A DNA stretch of 64,000 nucleotides from Psammoneis japonica. Taxonomy: Eukaryota. The stretch is from positions 124,001 through 188,000 of the forward strand of contig QPGO01000004.1 in NCBI GenBank assembly GCA_008632985.1, given 5' to 3'. The position numbers were made by a program, and so were the translations under genes. The notes under the pieces were generated by a model that was given only the letters and a program-made list of their open reading frames with translations, searched no databases and was not told the DNA's origin. Of this stretch, positions 36,728 to 49,383 are shown piece after piece (position 1 is the first letter of the stretch; each line of letters starts with the position of its first letter).

Positions 36728-37283
36728 GTCCAACACATGAATCCGGCAAGAGGTTGAAGGCACAAAGTCGACGCTGTGCCAGATCAAGCCAGACAAATGG
36801 AGGAACTCGGGGTGCCAGTGGTCACATGTTTGACTGCATGAACAGACAGTTGGAAAAGGGTGATTTTTCTGTGTGGAAGACTCATTTTGTAACTGATCCC
36901 ATGTTGCCAACTGCCTGCCAGGAACAATGAGGAGGATTGCTTGCGGGTCGGCCTGCCTCGTCTCGTCGTCCGTCGTCTGTCCTCCAAGAGCCTGGCTGCC
37001 GATCAAGCACTGAGATCCTTTTCATTGTGCTTTGCCTGTCGTTGTCTTGGCTGCTGAGAGGTAGGGCCCTAACTATCTAGTTGAAGGGATGTCTCTAGCC
37101 GAAGCAATACGGCATGTACTGAGATTGATACATGATGTCTCTATTGATAGCTCTAATCTACCAGTAAAGATCCCTCTAGGGCAAGGATCAAGATCCGAAT
37201 AGTAGTCACGAGCACGTCATTCGATCGATGGAGATTTCGTCGAGAGAGTTCCTTTGTCCTGTGCAAATCTAGCTGAATCAGCA

Positions 37284-38906
37284 TTATCTGCAGATAGACT
37301 CCCTAGCATCGATGTTGTGCTTTAGAGCGTCACTCCCAAGAGAGTTCAGACTCATCTTCTCCAGATCCTTATTCGCATTGCTGCTTAATCGTTCTGCGTA
37401 TTCACTGCAGAAGTGCATTGGTGGATATCCATGAACGAAACAAGGACAAATAAGACATCGAAAAGAACCTTTACAGTCCCGGTACGCATCTTTGAAGGTC
37501 CTATTCGGTGATGAGTAACCTTTCGATGTCGAATGGATGAAGTAGGGGCCTTTGTCTCTTCGGAGCTTGAGTTCCATACCTACATGTCTAAAGTTTAGAG
37601 CTGGAATTGCGCGGAAACCAAACATCATTTGTGTAGAATTGGGCAACTTTGTTACCGGATCGCGGTGGTTCGCTACTCGAAGAACGTATAACTTGCGTTG
37701 TTTTTCTAGAACCTGTGTAGTTGCACAGGCAGAAGCGTGATTCTTAAACATCGTGTTTCTCAAGTCAAAGGAGCAGAGACAATTTGCAACTGTCAGAACT
37801 ACAATAGAGCTAGGCCCTAGTTCTGCTTGACTTACCTCTACAGCATCACGAAACGAGTCATTCCCAACCCGTGGAGACGCAAAATTTAACGAGATCACCG
37901 GCAAAGTGATGTGGGGATTCGACGCAGTTGCTGCTGAAAAGGCAAAAAGAGTGCTCAAAGCAGCCCCGAGGCTGTGACCGGTTGAAAACAGGTGGAACCC
38001 AGGATTCTCCTTCAATACGCCCTCCACCTCGCTCATAATTTTGTCAAATTTGCATATCTTTTGGTTCCTGTCTGTGCCATAGAGGTACTGATGAAAACCA
38101 GCGTGAATCTTCAAGCCTTTTTTTATTGAAGGCACAGGGTTTGGCATGGTTTTCATCGATACAGTTGCGACTATCATCCAATCTTTCGGTGTCACTGAAA
38201 GACAATGCATTCACAAAAGTGAGGGAATTTTTTATTTTACGAAATAGAGCGCTTCATTCGCAAGAAAGCATGCAAAGAGCTCACCTGATCCACGAAATGT
38301 CACGACAACCCGTTTGTAAAGACTGAAGGGAATCAACTCAAAGATCATTTAGGACAAAAAGAACAGCACACATCCAAAATCCCACTCAGACAGGGCTCAC
38401 CGGTCCACTACAATCGAATACACACATCCGCTTTCGTTGTTCTCATCGTCAAACACCGACATTGTAGCTGGCGGTGCTGAACCTCTTGCAAAATCCATTT
38501 CCTTTCGTATTTCATCGATACATCCCATGTACAATTCAGTGCCCTTTTCACCGAAGAATCGTTTTACTGCATCCTTGTGTTCCTCAAATGCATCGAACGC
38601 GAATTGGTCCGCTTTGCCTTCATCTGTTGACAGGATTTCTTCTGCGGCGGACTCTCCGAGTTTGCCTGTTCGCGCCAACTCCCTCAAGCCAGCAATTGCA
38701 TATGTCAGGATGGAAGCTATATCGAGAGTTGAAACAGCAAATGGAAACCGTTTTGTGGGCTCTACACGCAGTGCACCTCAAACCAAGAACACACATCTTG
38801 ACGTACCTCCAAGCAGCAGTTTCAAATCCTTGTACAAAGTATTATCCGAAATGGGGATTTCACGAGGCTTTGGAGACCTCTCCACTGCCATTTGCTTTGT
38901 CTCCAT
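37284..38906 (-). CDS. Class 3 lipase, multi-exon, copy 2 (recent duplicate of copy 1)
   Basis: Same exon structure and GHSLG motif; introns and 3' flank (from ~37093) align with 25224-27110. Confidence 0.88.
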
Positions 38907-39225
38907 CAGGGAATGGTCGACTCCTGCTGTGTTGCCGACGTTGTAGAGTAATTATTACTGTATGCCGCGTAGCGCGAAGCGATGGAATGCCGAAATGAAA
39001 AGAGATTTCCCGCGCGTCTGTCCTCTGTCCGCTAGGTTATTGAGTACCGGGCCAGTACAAGTAGACTACCAGTATGCATACGGTACAAGAGCATAATCTG
39101 CAATCTGCAATGCGGATTATTTTTTCTACTACAAGCTAAATTTCGAACATCAAGGCTAGTAAAGGCACTTGTCTTTAGCAAGAATAATCTCAACAAAGAG
39201 TAGCATGGTATCTCTAAACGATGCT

Positions 39226-40798
39226 TTACCTACAATTCGATTCCTTCAAATTGATTTCCCTTTTGTGCGAGTCGTTCCAAAGATGGCTGAGTTTAAGTGA
39301 TTCCAGTTTCTTTGAAGCTTTGTTCAAACGTTTTAGGTACGTCGCACAGAAGTGCAAACCAGGAGATCCGTGAACAAAGCAGCTCGATGCATCTCTGACG
39401 TTATGACCCATGTCTTTGAAGAATGTAGATATGGGTAAGTAACCCCTGGATGTTGAATGGATAAAAGCGGTTTGCCCCCCTTTCTTCAGTTTCAACTCCA
39501 AACCTGCATGCCGATAATTACGTGACTTAAGTAGCCGAACGCCACAGAAAGCAGTTCCAGAGTTGGGCATTGTCGTAACTGGATCACGGTGATTTGCTAC
39601 TCGGAGTAAGTACAACTTGCGCTGCTTTTCAAGAACCTGTCTCAGCGCACAGCAGACTTGTCAGTTCCTGTGTGACAAGTGGTGTAGCGATGCGATATCA
39701 TTCTTTGTGGTCGTTTCTCACTCACCTCCACAGCATCGCGAAAGACATCGTTACCGACCCGAGGTGAAGCAAAGTTAACAGCCACCACGGGTTCTGGTAT
39801 GATTGGATTCGACGCGGTTGCTGCTGAAAAGGCAAAAAGAGTGCTCAAAGCAGCCCCGAGAGAGTGCCCTGTCGACCAGAGTCGAAATCCAGGATTTTCA
39901 TTTAATAACTCTGTCGCCTCGCTCATAATTTTGTCGAATGTACTTTTCTCTTGGTGGTGATGCTTTTTGTAGAGGTAGTTGTAAAAGCCAGTATGTATGT
40001 TCAAGTGCTTCCTTTCTACAGACTCTACTGGGTTCGGAAGATGCTTCATGGATGAGTCTGCATCGATCAGCCAGTCCCTTGGTGTCACTAAGAAATAAGG
40101 TCAGAGTTGAAAAACAAAGTCCTACTCGCCCAAGGCACTCTTCACGTTCGACTCACCTGATCCACGAAATATAACCACAACCCGTTTTAATTGCCTAGCA
40201 AGAAGTGCATCATAAGTGCAACGTGAGATGCAATAACAACTAATCCGATAGCCCGCCAACAAAAAGTAAATCACTCACTTATCAACCCCAATCGCATACA
40301 CACATCCACTTTCATTGTGCTCATCGTCGATCACTCCTCTCGTGAATGGTGGAGTCCCGCCTTGCTCAAAATTCAATTCTTTTTGCACATCTTCAATACA
40401 TCCCAAGTATGTTTCAGTCCCCTTTTCACCGAAATTCTTGATAATGGCTTGTCTGTTTGCTTGAAAGGCGTCGAAAAGGTAAGGGTCCTTTTCTCCGTAC
40501 TCATCAGAGAGAATATCTTTTTCAAGTTGAGCATCACCCAGTTTTCCTTTTCTCGCCAACTCTCTGAGTTGAGTAACTCCGTAGATCCAAACAGATCCTA
40601 TGGAAAAAATGCAGAGCGAAAATTTCGATTGAAGATATCATGGAATGTTAGGGAAATAACAATGTTTGGCCCAGACTGACGTTTAATCAACTCCAAACTA
40701 ACGAACTGCGCTGGTATCTTACCCGCGAGAAGAAGTTTCAAATCCTTAAACAAGGAATGATCGGAAACAGGGCCCGCTTCTTCTTCTTTGTTTGGCAT
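39226..40798 (-). CDS. Class 3 lipase, multi-exon, copy 3 (more diverged)
   Basis: MPNKEEEAG...LFKDLKLLLAG, VYAIGVD, IHTGF, STGHSLGAAL, NFASPRVGN, RVANHRDPV; equivalent intron positions. Confidence 0.86.
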
Positions 40799-41208
40799 TA
40801 TCGTCGTAGTCGCATACATCAAACTCGCAACAGCGTTACGCTTCAAGCACCATGCCCACCGACGCTGCTCGCTAGAGTAGGTACCGGTAGGTCGTCATGG
40901 CAGATTCTTGCAAGATAATATTATGATGACGACTCTTCGCGATCTTTTGCGCGCGAGTGCCTTCGCGCGCCACCTGCAAAGGAATGAGGAATTTTGAAGT
41001 CACAAATCGCATTTTGCATTTCCCATCATCTCAGGACGGAGACGGAGCGGACACAATGAGCGATGAGAGGAGACTTCCCGCTTGCTTTGTCTTGTGGTGG
41101 TTGTTGTTTGTTCAGTACAACTTTAGTATCGTTGGTACAGTATCACCCTGTTGCCATAGAGGGAGTAATATCTTCTCGGTATCATAGAGGAATTCGGCCA
41201 CGAAAATA

Positions 41209-42441
41209 ATGTTGCGATTGTCTTTCACCTCGTCATGCCCACGTCGGCTTTTTGCTGTTTACAACCTCCGCGGTGCAACAGCAGCAGTAGCCCCAATCAG
41301 CACAATGGCAAACGAATTCCCTTTACCGAAACGACATTCACGTCATGGTCCACCACCAACGTGTACTTCCAGAGCTCAGCTAAAAGAACTGACGCAAGAA
41401 TTACTCGAATCAAAACCCGGTTCGCTCTTTACATACAACCACAAGCCATCGTTTGATGTTGTCGATGATAGTGCCTATGCGTGGAACGCTGCTGATACCG
41501 CCGTTCAACAAATTGAATATGTAGTTCGAGGACATGCTGCTCAGATTCCAGATACCATTTGTTGGAACGAACAAAAAAGAAAGAACGAGAGCGCTGCAGC
41601 ACCTTCTGAATCACCCGAGAGCTGTATTAAAGCCATCAAATCGCTAGTCAACCGATTGGATCAAGAAGGACAAATGTATATGAAGCTGAGGGATGAAGTT
41701 CGGCGAACACGACACTTCGAAACTATGGGGAGCAGCGATAAAGGCGAAGCTCCAAGTGAAGGCAATGAGCAAGCTGTTGAAAGCAACGAGGGAGCAAAGG
41801 AAGCGCCTGTTTCGTACCTGGAAGATTTTGCTGCGCCTGGCCCCACCGTTGTCATGTATGACGCTCTTTTAGATTCCATGGCCATTGCAACATCTCCGAA
41901 AACCCCAAAAGCAGTAGGAACAGTGCTAGAGACTGTCATGGATCGGTATTATCAAGACGGTGGTTCGGGCCGTGATGGCGGCATTATCAATTCAAACGTT
42001 TACACGGTTCCAACCATTTTGACGTTTAATGCCGTGCTTCGTGCGATTGCCAACACTCCATATGATGGTAACGATGAGAAGACCCGTGACGATGCCGTGT
42101 ACTATACATTTGCCACCTATGATGGCATGCGTGAAGTTGTCCACCGAAACTCAGCCACGTACACGTACATGCTTGAAACGGTTGCAAAGTACTTTCCCAC
42201 CTCAAGGACCAAGGGCAACATTGCCCATACTCTGTGGATGCAAGCTCGCCAAGAGCGAGTAGTCAATCAAGAAATAATTCAAGCGTTGCAGAGAGCCAAC
42301 GAGCCAAGCAATGGGAAAGAGTTTGACGAGTGGATGGACAAGTACATGAAAGAAGAGGGAGAGATCATCACAGAGGTGCCTCTCAAGTTTCGACGCAACG
42401 AGAAGAATCGCAGGTTTAATAAACGATACGTAACGTACTAA
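41209..42441 (+). CDS. Probably mitochondrion-targeted protein with degenerate PPR-like repeats
   Basis: Arg/Ser-rich presequence MLRLSFTSSCPRR; PTVVMYDALLDSMA, PTILTFNAVLRAIA, RNSATYTYMLETVA resemble PPR helices. Confidence 0.6.
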   Translation: MLRLSFTSSCPRRLFAVYNLRGATAAVAPISTMANEFPLPKRHSRHGPPPTCTSRAQLKELTQELLESKPGSLFTYNHKPSFDVVDDSAYAWNAADTAVQQIEYVVRGHAAQIPDTICWNEQKRKNESAAAPSESPESCIKAIKSLVNRLDQEGQMYMKLRDEVRRTRHFETMGSSDKGEAPSEGNEQAVESNEGAKEAPVSYLEDFAAPGPTVVMYDALLDSMAIATSPKTPKAVGTVLETVMDRYYQDGGSGRDGGIINSNVYTVPTILTFNAVLRAIANTPYDGNDEKTRDDAVYYTFATYDGMREVVHRNSATYTYMLETVAKYFPTSRTKGNIAHTLWMQARQERVVNQEIIQALQRANEPSNGKEFDEWMDKYMKEEGEIITEVPLKFRRNEKNRRFNKRYVTY

Positions 42442-43080
42442 GAGACTTTGAAACAAACGTAACTTGTAGCTTTTCGTGTGTACTTATACTTAGCAAGCGC
42501 ATGCTGCAATACTGTAATGACTCAGACTTATACCAACGCATGCATCGCGAACCTGCGCCTGCACGTGAAAGGTTAGAGATTTGGAGTCAGCCGACTACTC
42601 GAGCAATCACATTTGCGACATCATAGTCTAAAAGACCAAAACTGACAAATGAAAATTTCTATACATTCTTTTCCCTCTAAACACAAATTCATATAATAAT
42701 GCATCATCTTTTGGATGCACGACATTCACTTTTTTCTTCTTTTCAATCTATATGGATACAATCAACATAGCTCAGGTTTCTTCTTCTTTTTATACAACAA
42801 TGGAGGCCATGCATGTTTGCGTGCTTGAAAAATGCCTCCCAGTGGCGCTTTCGTGGCGACATCAACAAGCGATATACATAACGAAACTATACATTCTTCC
42901 TTGGGGTTCTCTGTGTTGATCCAATCAACACAGTACCTTCTCTTGATGGTTTTCATGTGAAACAATAAAAATTAGAGCCTCTTTGGATAGCTCTCAATGG
43001 AAAATGGCACTGCGCTCTCCCAAGGCGAAAAGAGGGGAACGCGGTGTATTCCATCACGCAGTGTCTTGCACTCTCTCTCT

Positions 43081-43904
43081 CTAGACACCGCGGTATGGTA
43101 GTTTCCAGTCGGGGTGCTGCTCCCAAGTGCATGCAAGCATTTGCCTGTAAACGCGTGCGGTTTGCTCATGATCTGGACCAAACTCAGTTAAGACGAGTGG
43201 AAGCGCTTCGGAGTAGGCCAGGCGGGCCATTTTCGGTTCTCCCAATTGCTCGTGGATTTCTGCAATCTTGAAGAGGTTCCGCATGACTGAATGCAAAACG
43301 ATGAAACGAGGTGATTAGAAAGAGAAAGACGATAAAAGCGGCGAAAAAGGCACTTTCTACGTTTCTGATTCTGTTACACAGATCCTCCTGACTCACCTTG
43401 CGAATTGGAAAAGTAGGATTTCGTACAAGTCTTCTTGAGCTCCCAACTAGCTCGGAGGTACTCGAGCGCCTCCCGCAGGTTCTTCATTTGAATGTAGACT
43501 TCACTGATTGCTTTCATAATACCCGAGACACTGCGGACAACAACACGGTCCTTCAAATTAGGCTCGTCTCCACTAAACGTGTCATAGATTTCACGCAAGT
43601 GTTGCTTGAGCGCCTTGAGACGAGCCTGGTACGCCAGAGTCATGGATTGCTCTGCCGACGGAATTGTCGAGGTAGGCGACACAAGAGGCGATATCCCAGG
43701 CGACAATTGATGCTGGTTGCTATGGTGACTGTACGGAGAAGAACGGGGCGAGATCCTCGAATACATGAGGTCATCGATCTTCTCTTCGTGATTCCAACGG
43801 TAATGTCGATCGGTCTCTCGTAGAACCTTGGATTTAACGGTCGCAAGACAGTTGTTTAGCGGGTAGTTCTTGGGATGGGCATTCGGCTTCCATATGACGT
43901 TCAT
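43081..43904 (-). CDS. Two-exon TPR-like repeat protein
   Basis: Exon 1 ends at a GTGAGT donor (~43396); acceptor TTCAG ~43288 gives VMRNLFKIAEIHEQLGE...AYSEAL..LTEFGPDHEQTARVY, resembling kinesin-light-chain-type TPRs. Confidence 0.65.
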
Positions 43905-44690
43905 TGTGTTCTCTTCCGAGCGGGGATAGAACTGAAGTTGCTATCTTTGAGCGTCGTTGGAAGGGCAATGGGACTGGTCTTGAGCGATGATGCAAGTGAT
44001 GATGCGAAGGGAAGCACGGAAAATCTGGCTGATGTGATTTGTTCGTTTGCGCTTCAAATCTCGCGCTGGTAGGAAATTGCTGTACAATTCTACGGCGAAA
44101 ACCTTAGCCTATCCGATTCAGTTCAAAAAAGGCACGGACGGCTCCGCACGTGAATTCGCGCGACCTCTGACACGTTTCACGATTCCATTCACCTTCAACG
44201 TGGGGTTGAAGATGATGTGCCTGACGTCGGGAAGGCTTTTGTGTGTAGGTAGCGGATGCCTCTTCCGCTACTTTGGTTTAGATATTATCCCGTCCATGGT
44301 CTAGATATCTTGCTCATGCTTGGGACTAGGTAGTTTTTTGAGCTTCAGAACCCAACTACAATAACTTCAGAATTACCTGTAGCTAGAGACGAGAAACAAC
44401 TAGTCTAGAGCACCTAGCCAGAGTACATGCAAGATAAAGATGGGCATGCACTGCGATTCTTCTCGTTTAGTTCGGAAGAAAGAAAATGGAAAAACCTTGA
44501 ATGAACAACTTTCGATATCGAGAAATGCTGCGCGTCGCGGGCATAAGTAGCACCAGTCCGTGAGAGACTCGCTTTCTTGGAGTTGCTTGGAGCGTCCTAT
44601 TCGGCACGAAAGAAGCAGATAATTGCTGGAGAAAGAGTTTCTGGAGTGATGCTGTGGCTTCATCTTGACAGGTCAATGTCGCATCCAAGA

Positions 44691-45188
44691 TTACCCGCTA
44701 CTAGACAGCTCGTTTTGGTTGGTTCTCAAGTACAAAACAAGCCCGATTGCAAAGGTCCAACAGTTGTTGGTTATCAAATGCAGCTGATCAGGATATGACT
44801 GTGCATATTCGAAAGCTAACGCCACCAGCTTGTCGTCTCCAGGCACATTCTCGTCCGGAGCTAGCGGAAGTCCATTGTTTGCCGAGCCTGTTTTCTTGAC
44901 GTTTGCTTCCTCTTCGGCTGGCTTTGGCTTTAGGCTTCGATGTCGGATTTCTCCTGGAACAGATTTCAGCATGAATAACTTCTTTGCAGTTTCCAGAGAA
45001 GTTGGATTCAATGGCAAAAAGTCCCACACATGGTCATCACACACTACGACTTTGACGTGTAAAGGCAGCCAACGAGGTCCTCCTACCAAAGGGGAGGCAC
45101 GCAGTTGAACCAATGCGTTCGAAAGGGTAGTGAAACACGACAGGATCACCATGACAAAAGCTAAAACCTCCAGGTCTTGTCTCTTCAT
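44691..45188 (-). CDS. Small hypothetical protein with signal peptide; possible permuted papain-like (PPPDE-type) H...NC motif
   Basis: 165 aa; hydrophobic N-terminus; LHVKVVV and LHLITNNCWTFA. Confidence 0.55.
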   Translation of the reverse strand: MKRQDLEVLAFVMVILSCFTTLSNALVQLRASPLVGGPRWLPLHVKVVVCDDHVWDFLPLNPTSLETAKKLFMLKSVPGEIRHRSLKPKPAEEEANVKKTGSANNGLPLAPDENVPGDDKLVALAFEYAQSYPDQLHLITNNCWTFAIGLVLYLRTNQNELSSSG

Positions 45189-46339
45189 TGTTTATTACTT
45201 CCAAGTGATCTTGAGCAACAAATCAATCGCTTCTCCCTGTTCAAGTTAGGTCCACGGAACCGGATATGCAAGAGAAGTACTCAGTGGCCTTCACCCACCA
45301 GCATCGACAGAGCGATCCAATAGAGGGGAATCAGCACAGGAAGAAGAAGAAGACTAAGGAAGAAACTCAACAATGAACAGGAGCAGCAACACAGGATGGA
45401 ATCATGTAACACCACAGGCAAAACAACACGGAACAACAAAAACAACGCGAGAAGAGATGATGGAAAACAAGGGAGAAAAGCAGGAAAAGGGGACTGACGT
45501 CAGAACAGTCATTTTGAAACGAGGGCATTAGCCTTCAGACAATTATGAGGGCAATTTTATGACTAACTGAATTTGTCCAGGCAATTGTAATCAGGCAATA
45601 TCAGTAATTCAAGTACATTAAGTAAAATTATGATGACCGAGGAAACGGACAACGTACATACAGTATGGAGAACACTATGCGTACAAGTGATTAACGTATG
45701 TACAATTTGTACGAAATGCTACGTGGTTTGAACTTGCCTCAATGCGCGACACCGCACGCCAAATCGCTCGCTCGCGTCCATTCTGCAAAACGAAGAGAAA
45801 TCATTCACCGGGTAAGTAGACCATGGCCGCGATCGAGCGGTTCACGGAATCGCCGCTTATTTCTTTCGCTGTTGGAGCGTCATGGGACATCCAATAGGGT
45901 GCTGAGTGGAAGGACGCGTCGCGAAACGTCGATTCGCTCTCGGGATGTGCCGCAACCACCGATGCGACTTGCGAAAGTTTTTATTATCGATATTCAGACA
46001 CGTAGAAAATGTGTCGACATCCGTTCAGAAGTTTCGTGCGCGACACTCTCTGCGCGCATGATGGTTCTCGCCATGGCGCATGGCGGACGGAACGAAACAA
46101 CATCACGATGAACAAACAACCTTTCGTCAGTTCAAACCTTGTAGATGCTTCGTTCTAGCTGTGTTTCTGTTGAAAGATATCGTGATTCGTGCGCGATTTG
46201 GAGGAATGAGCTTTGTCATATTTGCACTTCTAATTATTGTGTTTGGCTTTCTCACCAATCATCTTCTTCCTCCGTCTTTTATCGTAGTTGTGTTCTGGAC
46301 ATTCTTGAAAGCTGATTCTACAAGGGTTTGGGGAAAGGT

Positions 46340-48593
46340 ATGGGTCTAGCCTCCAAGCGTAGGGGTGGATCCGGTAGCTCGGGTAACGGTGGGGGGAGCC
46401 TCGCTCCTCCAAGAGCTCCACCAATCGCATAAAGGAAAAGGGTTACAAAGGCGATGACTCGGACGGCAAACTCTCACGCAACGGTGCTGCAAGAAGTCGC
46501 CCTAACCGTCGTTCAGCATCCCCTACACCTGAATCGTCACGACGCCGTCGAAACCTCGATCTTGCCAAATTAGCAAGGGGAATGTCGTCACGATTGGTAG
46601 GCGCCAGAGTCAGTCAGCAGTTGCCTATCTTAACTCCAGATGAGATCGAACGCGATTTGCGACATATGGAGGCATATGAAAACGCTTGTACGGCTTATTC
46701 GCAGCAGCTGTTTATCTTTAACAATCAAGCGTTAGTCCAGAGTGGTCATTTCGGCCCTCTCTCCGCCCCAGGTTCGACCGCTGCGGACAATTATGGCGGT
46801 AGCGGCGGAGTAGTGGATGGCTACGGCTACCAGGGCCATCAGGGAGGCTACGATGGCGGCCATTACGGGGCACAGCGACAGGAAGCCAGCCCTCGAAGCC
46901 GGCGAGGAGGATCTCAGTTTGCTATGCCTGTTCGAATCGATCCAGAAGAAGAAAAGAGGGTGGCCATGCTTCGTAAGCGGATCGCTGCTTCAGAAGCTCA
47001 ACGTGAGGTACTTGAAACGGAGTACATTTCACTTAGAGCCCATTATGTAAACGAAAGCCAGAGGCTCTTAAGAACAAGGCATAATTCCGACGGGCAACTG
47101 AAGATGCTTCAAGAACTGATTCAGAAGCGCGGGGACGTTCTCGCCTTGAAACGAGTTCGATGTGCCATTGCCAGAGACATTCTGAGCTGTCTTGAACGAA
47201 GGACTCTTTTGCTTCAAAGCCAGGAAGGTGAGAGTAGCGCTGAGAACCCTGTGAACCCTGAGGAAGTAAAGAACTCCGAAGAGCCGCAACCCATGGAGGG
47301 CGTCGTGCGAACAGCAGAAGTGAACGGTAGCAAGGGGGGACCTGAAAATGATCTTGCAGACATCTTGGATGTATGGAACTCAATCGAAGAGCAACTTCGG
47401 GAAGCGGAACAAGCTTGTATTAATAATGTTACGACTCCCACATTGCCAGATAGCAAAAATTCTCGACAGAAGAAGTCCGCAAATGGGAGTTCCAAGAAGA
47501 AATCTACGTCTGGAGAAAAGAAGAAGGAAGCAACTGCCGATGATGGCGAGGACGAACCTGTTGTTCTTTGGGAATCACAGACCATGCCGCGCGCCCCATA
47601 CGGAGTGCCTCTGTTGTTGTCGTATTTGAGTTCAGTTCCTGATAAGGCCGCTGGATTTGGTAAGTACAGGTATTGATGCGTGCGTTGGTACGATCTCGTT
47701 TCTTCCCACCCTATCCGGAGTTCTCATGTTTCTCATCGCGCATCCCTCAACTGTGTTCTTCGTGCAGCTTGTGGCGGTATGTTTGGTAGCAAGAAACACA
47801 CAATGTGTTGGTTGGAGGCAAACATCCCAGAGTCGTTTGAGGATATGGAGTCTGAACGCGAGGATTTGCTCCGTCTTCGAGAGGAGTCTGAGTTTTTGGC
47901 TCAAGAACTCGAGAAAGAGAGAGACACAAACAAAGAGCTTCAGCGCCAAATTATAAGTGGTAGGAAACGAAGCGATGAAATGTGTTCAATGATGACAATG
48001 TTACGGAGCGAGACTGAGGCTGTTTTGGAGAGGTAAGAACGTTTGTTGCTTTTGTTGGTATCCATTTTCCCTGTGCTTCCTACTAACAATTCTTCTCCAC
48101 TTTGCTTTGTTGAAGGCATAATGTGCTTCTTTACACTCCGGAGGCTCGTGCGGCATTGGAGGCAGTTGATTCGCAACCGCTAGAGGATCTTGAACAGAAC
48201 GATGCGTACGACGAAGACCTTGACCGCGAGGCCGGCGATGAAGGTTATCAGTCGAAGAATCATCGGGGATCTATGAGCCCAGAAGAGGGAGAAGTTCAAG
48301 AAGACGACGGCCGTGTGTTAAGTAAACACAGACAACTACACGATGAAGATTTAAACGATGGGGATGATGAGTTCGAGGAGGAAGACGGTGAGATTCTCGA
48401 AGACGACCGACGGAAACCACCGGACGAAGTATACGTTGGCGGTAAAGGTGATAATCACAATGATACGGGTCTGGAATGGAAGAATGATGAAGAATTGGGA
48501 CGCAAGCGGAGTATCGCCGATAGAGACGGCGAGAATGGCGGGGACTCTCCGCACGGATCATTTATAAGCGGAAAACGTAGGCGGAGGGCATAA
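46340..48593 (+). CDS. Three-exon hypothetical coiled-coil, probably nuclear protein
   Basis: ORFs 46582..47676, 47680..48036 and 48123..48593 linked by GTAAG..AG introns (~47660-47768, ~48032-48116); C-terminal GKRRRRA. ATG 46340 is one base out of frame across a G-run at ~46391. Confidence 0.7.
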
Positions 48594-49383
48594 GTGATGC
48601 GGTTGAGTTTGCAGTATGTGTCTCTTTCGGTTTATAGGAAAGGTGAAATGGCTTTGGAAACGCATGGCTGCTGAAATCGACGGCTCATTGCAAAAAGGAG
48701 ACTGTTCTCTCTTGTAGTTATTGCTTCAACAATTACTGTATTGAGAGCTGCCCTTTCTACTTAAAGCAATGTGTCGATTGTTTCCTCTCCAAACCTGCTA
48801 CGAGTAGACCTATTTTGTTCCCTCTCTACTCTAGCTAGTAGGGCCTATTCTAGCTTCACTTGCTTGTTTTTGTGGCCGCTGTTGGAATGGGAAAGCCCTG
48901 CAAGGTGGAGCGAGGAAATCAATATGTCGGAAAATGCAGGCCCATACCTTGCTACAGGACATCAGTTTTTTGATACTAAATTCGTCGATGACATAATCTC
49001 TTACGTAACGCATAATGCTAATGCTATATTCCAATTTTATGACTATAAAATAATATAATCGCCCGTTGGGATATGTTCGTCTCAAAAACATTCCAATATC
49101 ATCATTTTTCGTCAAGGTGGGGTGGCTGAAGCGAAACGGTCCCTCGTAGGTTGATACCAGGATCTCTTTGCCAGCGATTGCCGTTGGATGAGAAACGCGT
49201 GTTTAGTATGTATTCATTCTGAAGGAGTTATATTTCCTCTTGCTGTCACACGGCTCGCCGCGTGTGATTTTTCACACAATTTTGCCTGCCGCGTTCGCCC
49301 GTTCGCTCGTCGCTTGTTTTGAACTGCATCACCCTCATTTTTGTCGTTTGTGCGAGTTGCATCGCTTATCAACGCCGTTTGCA

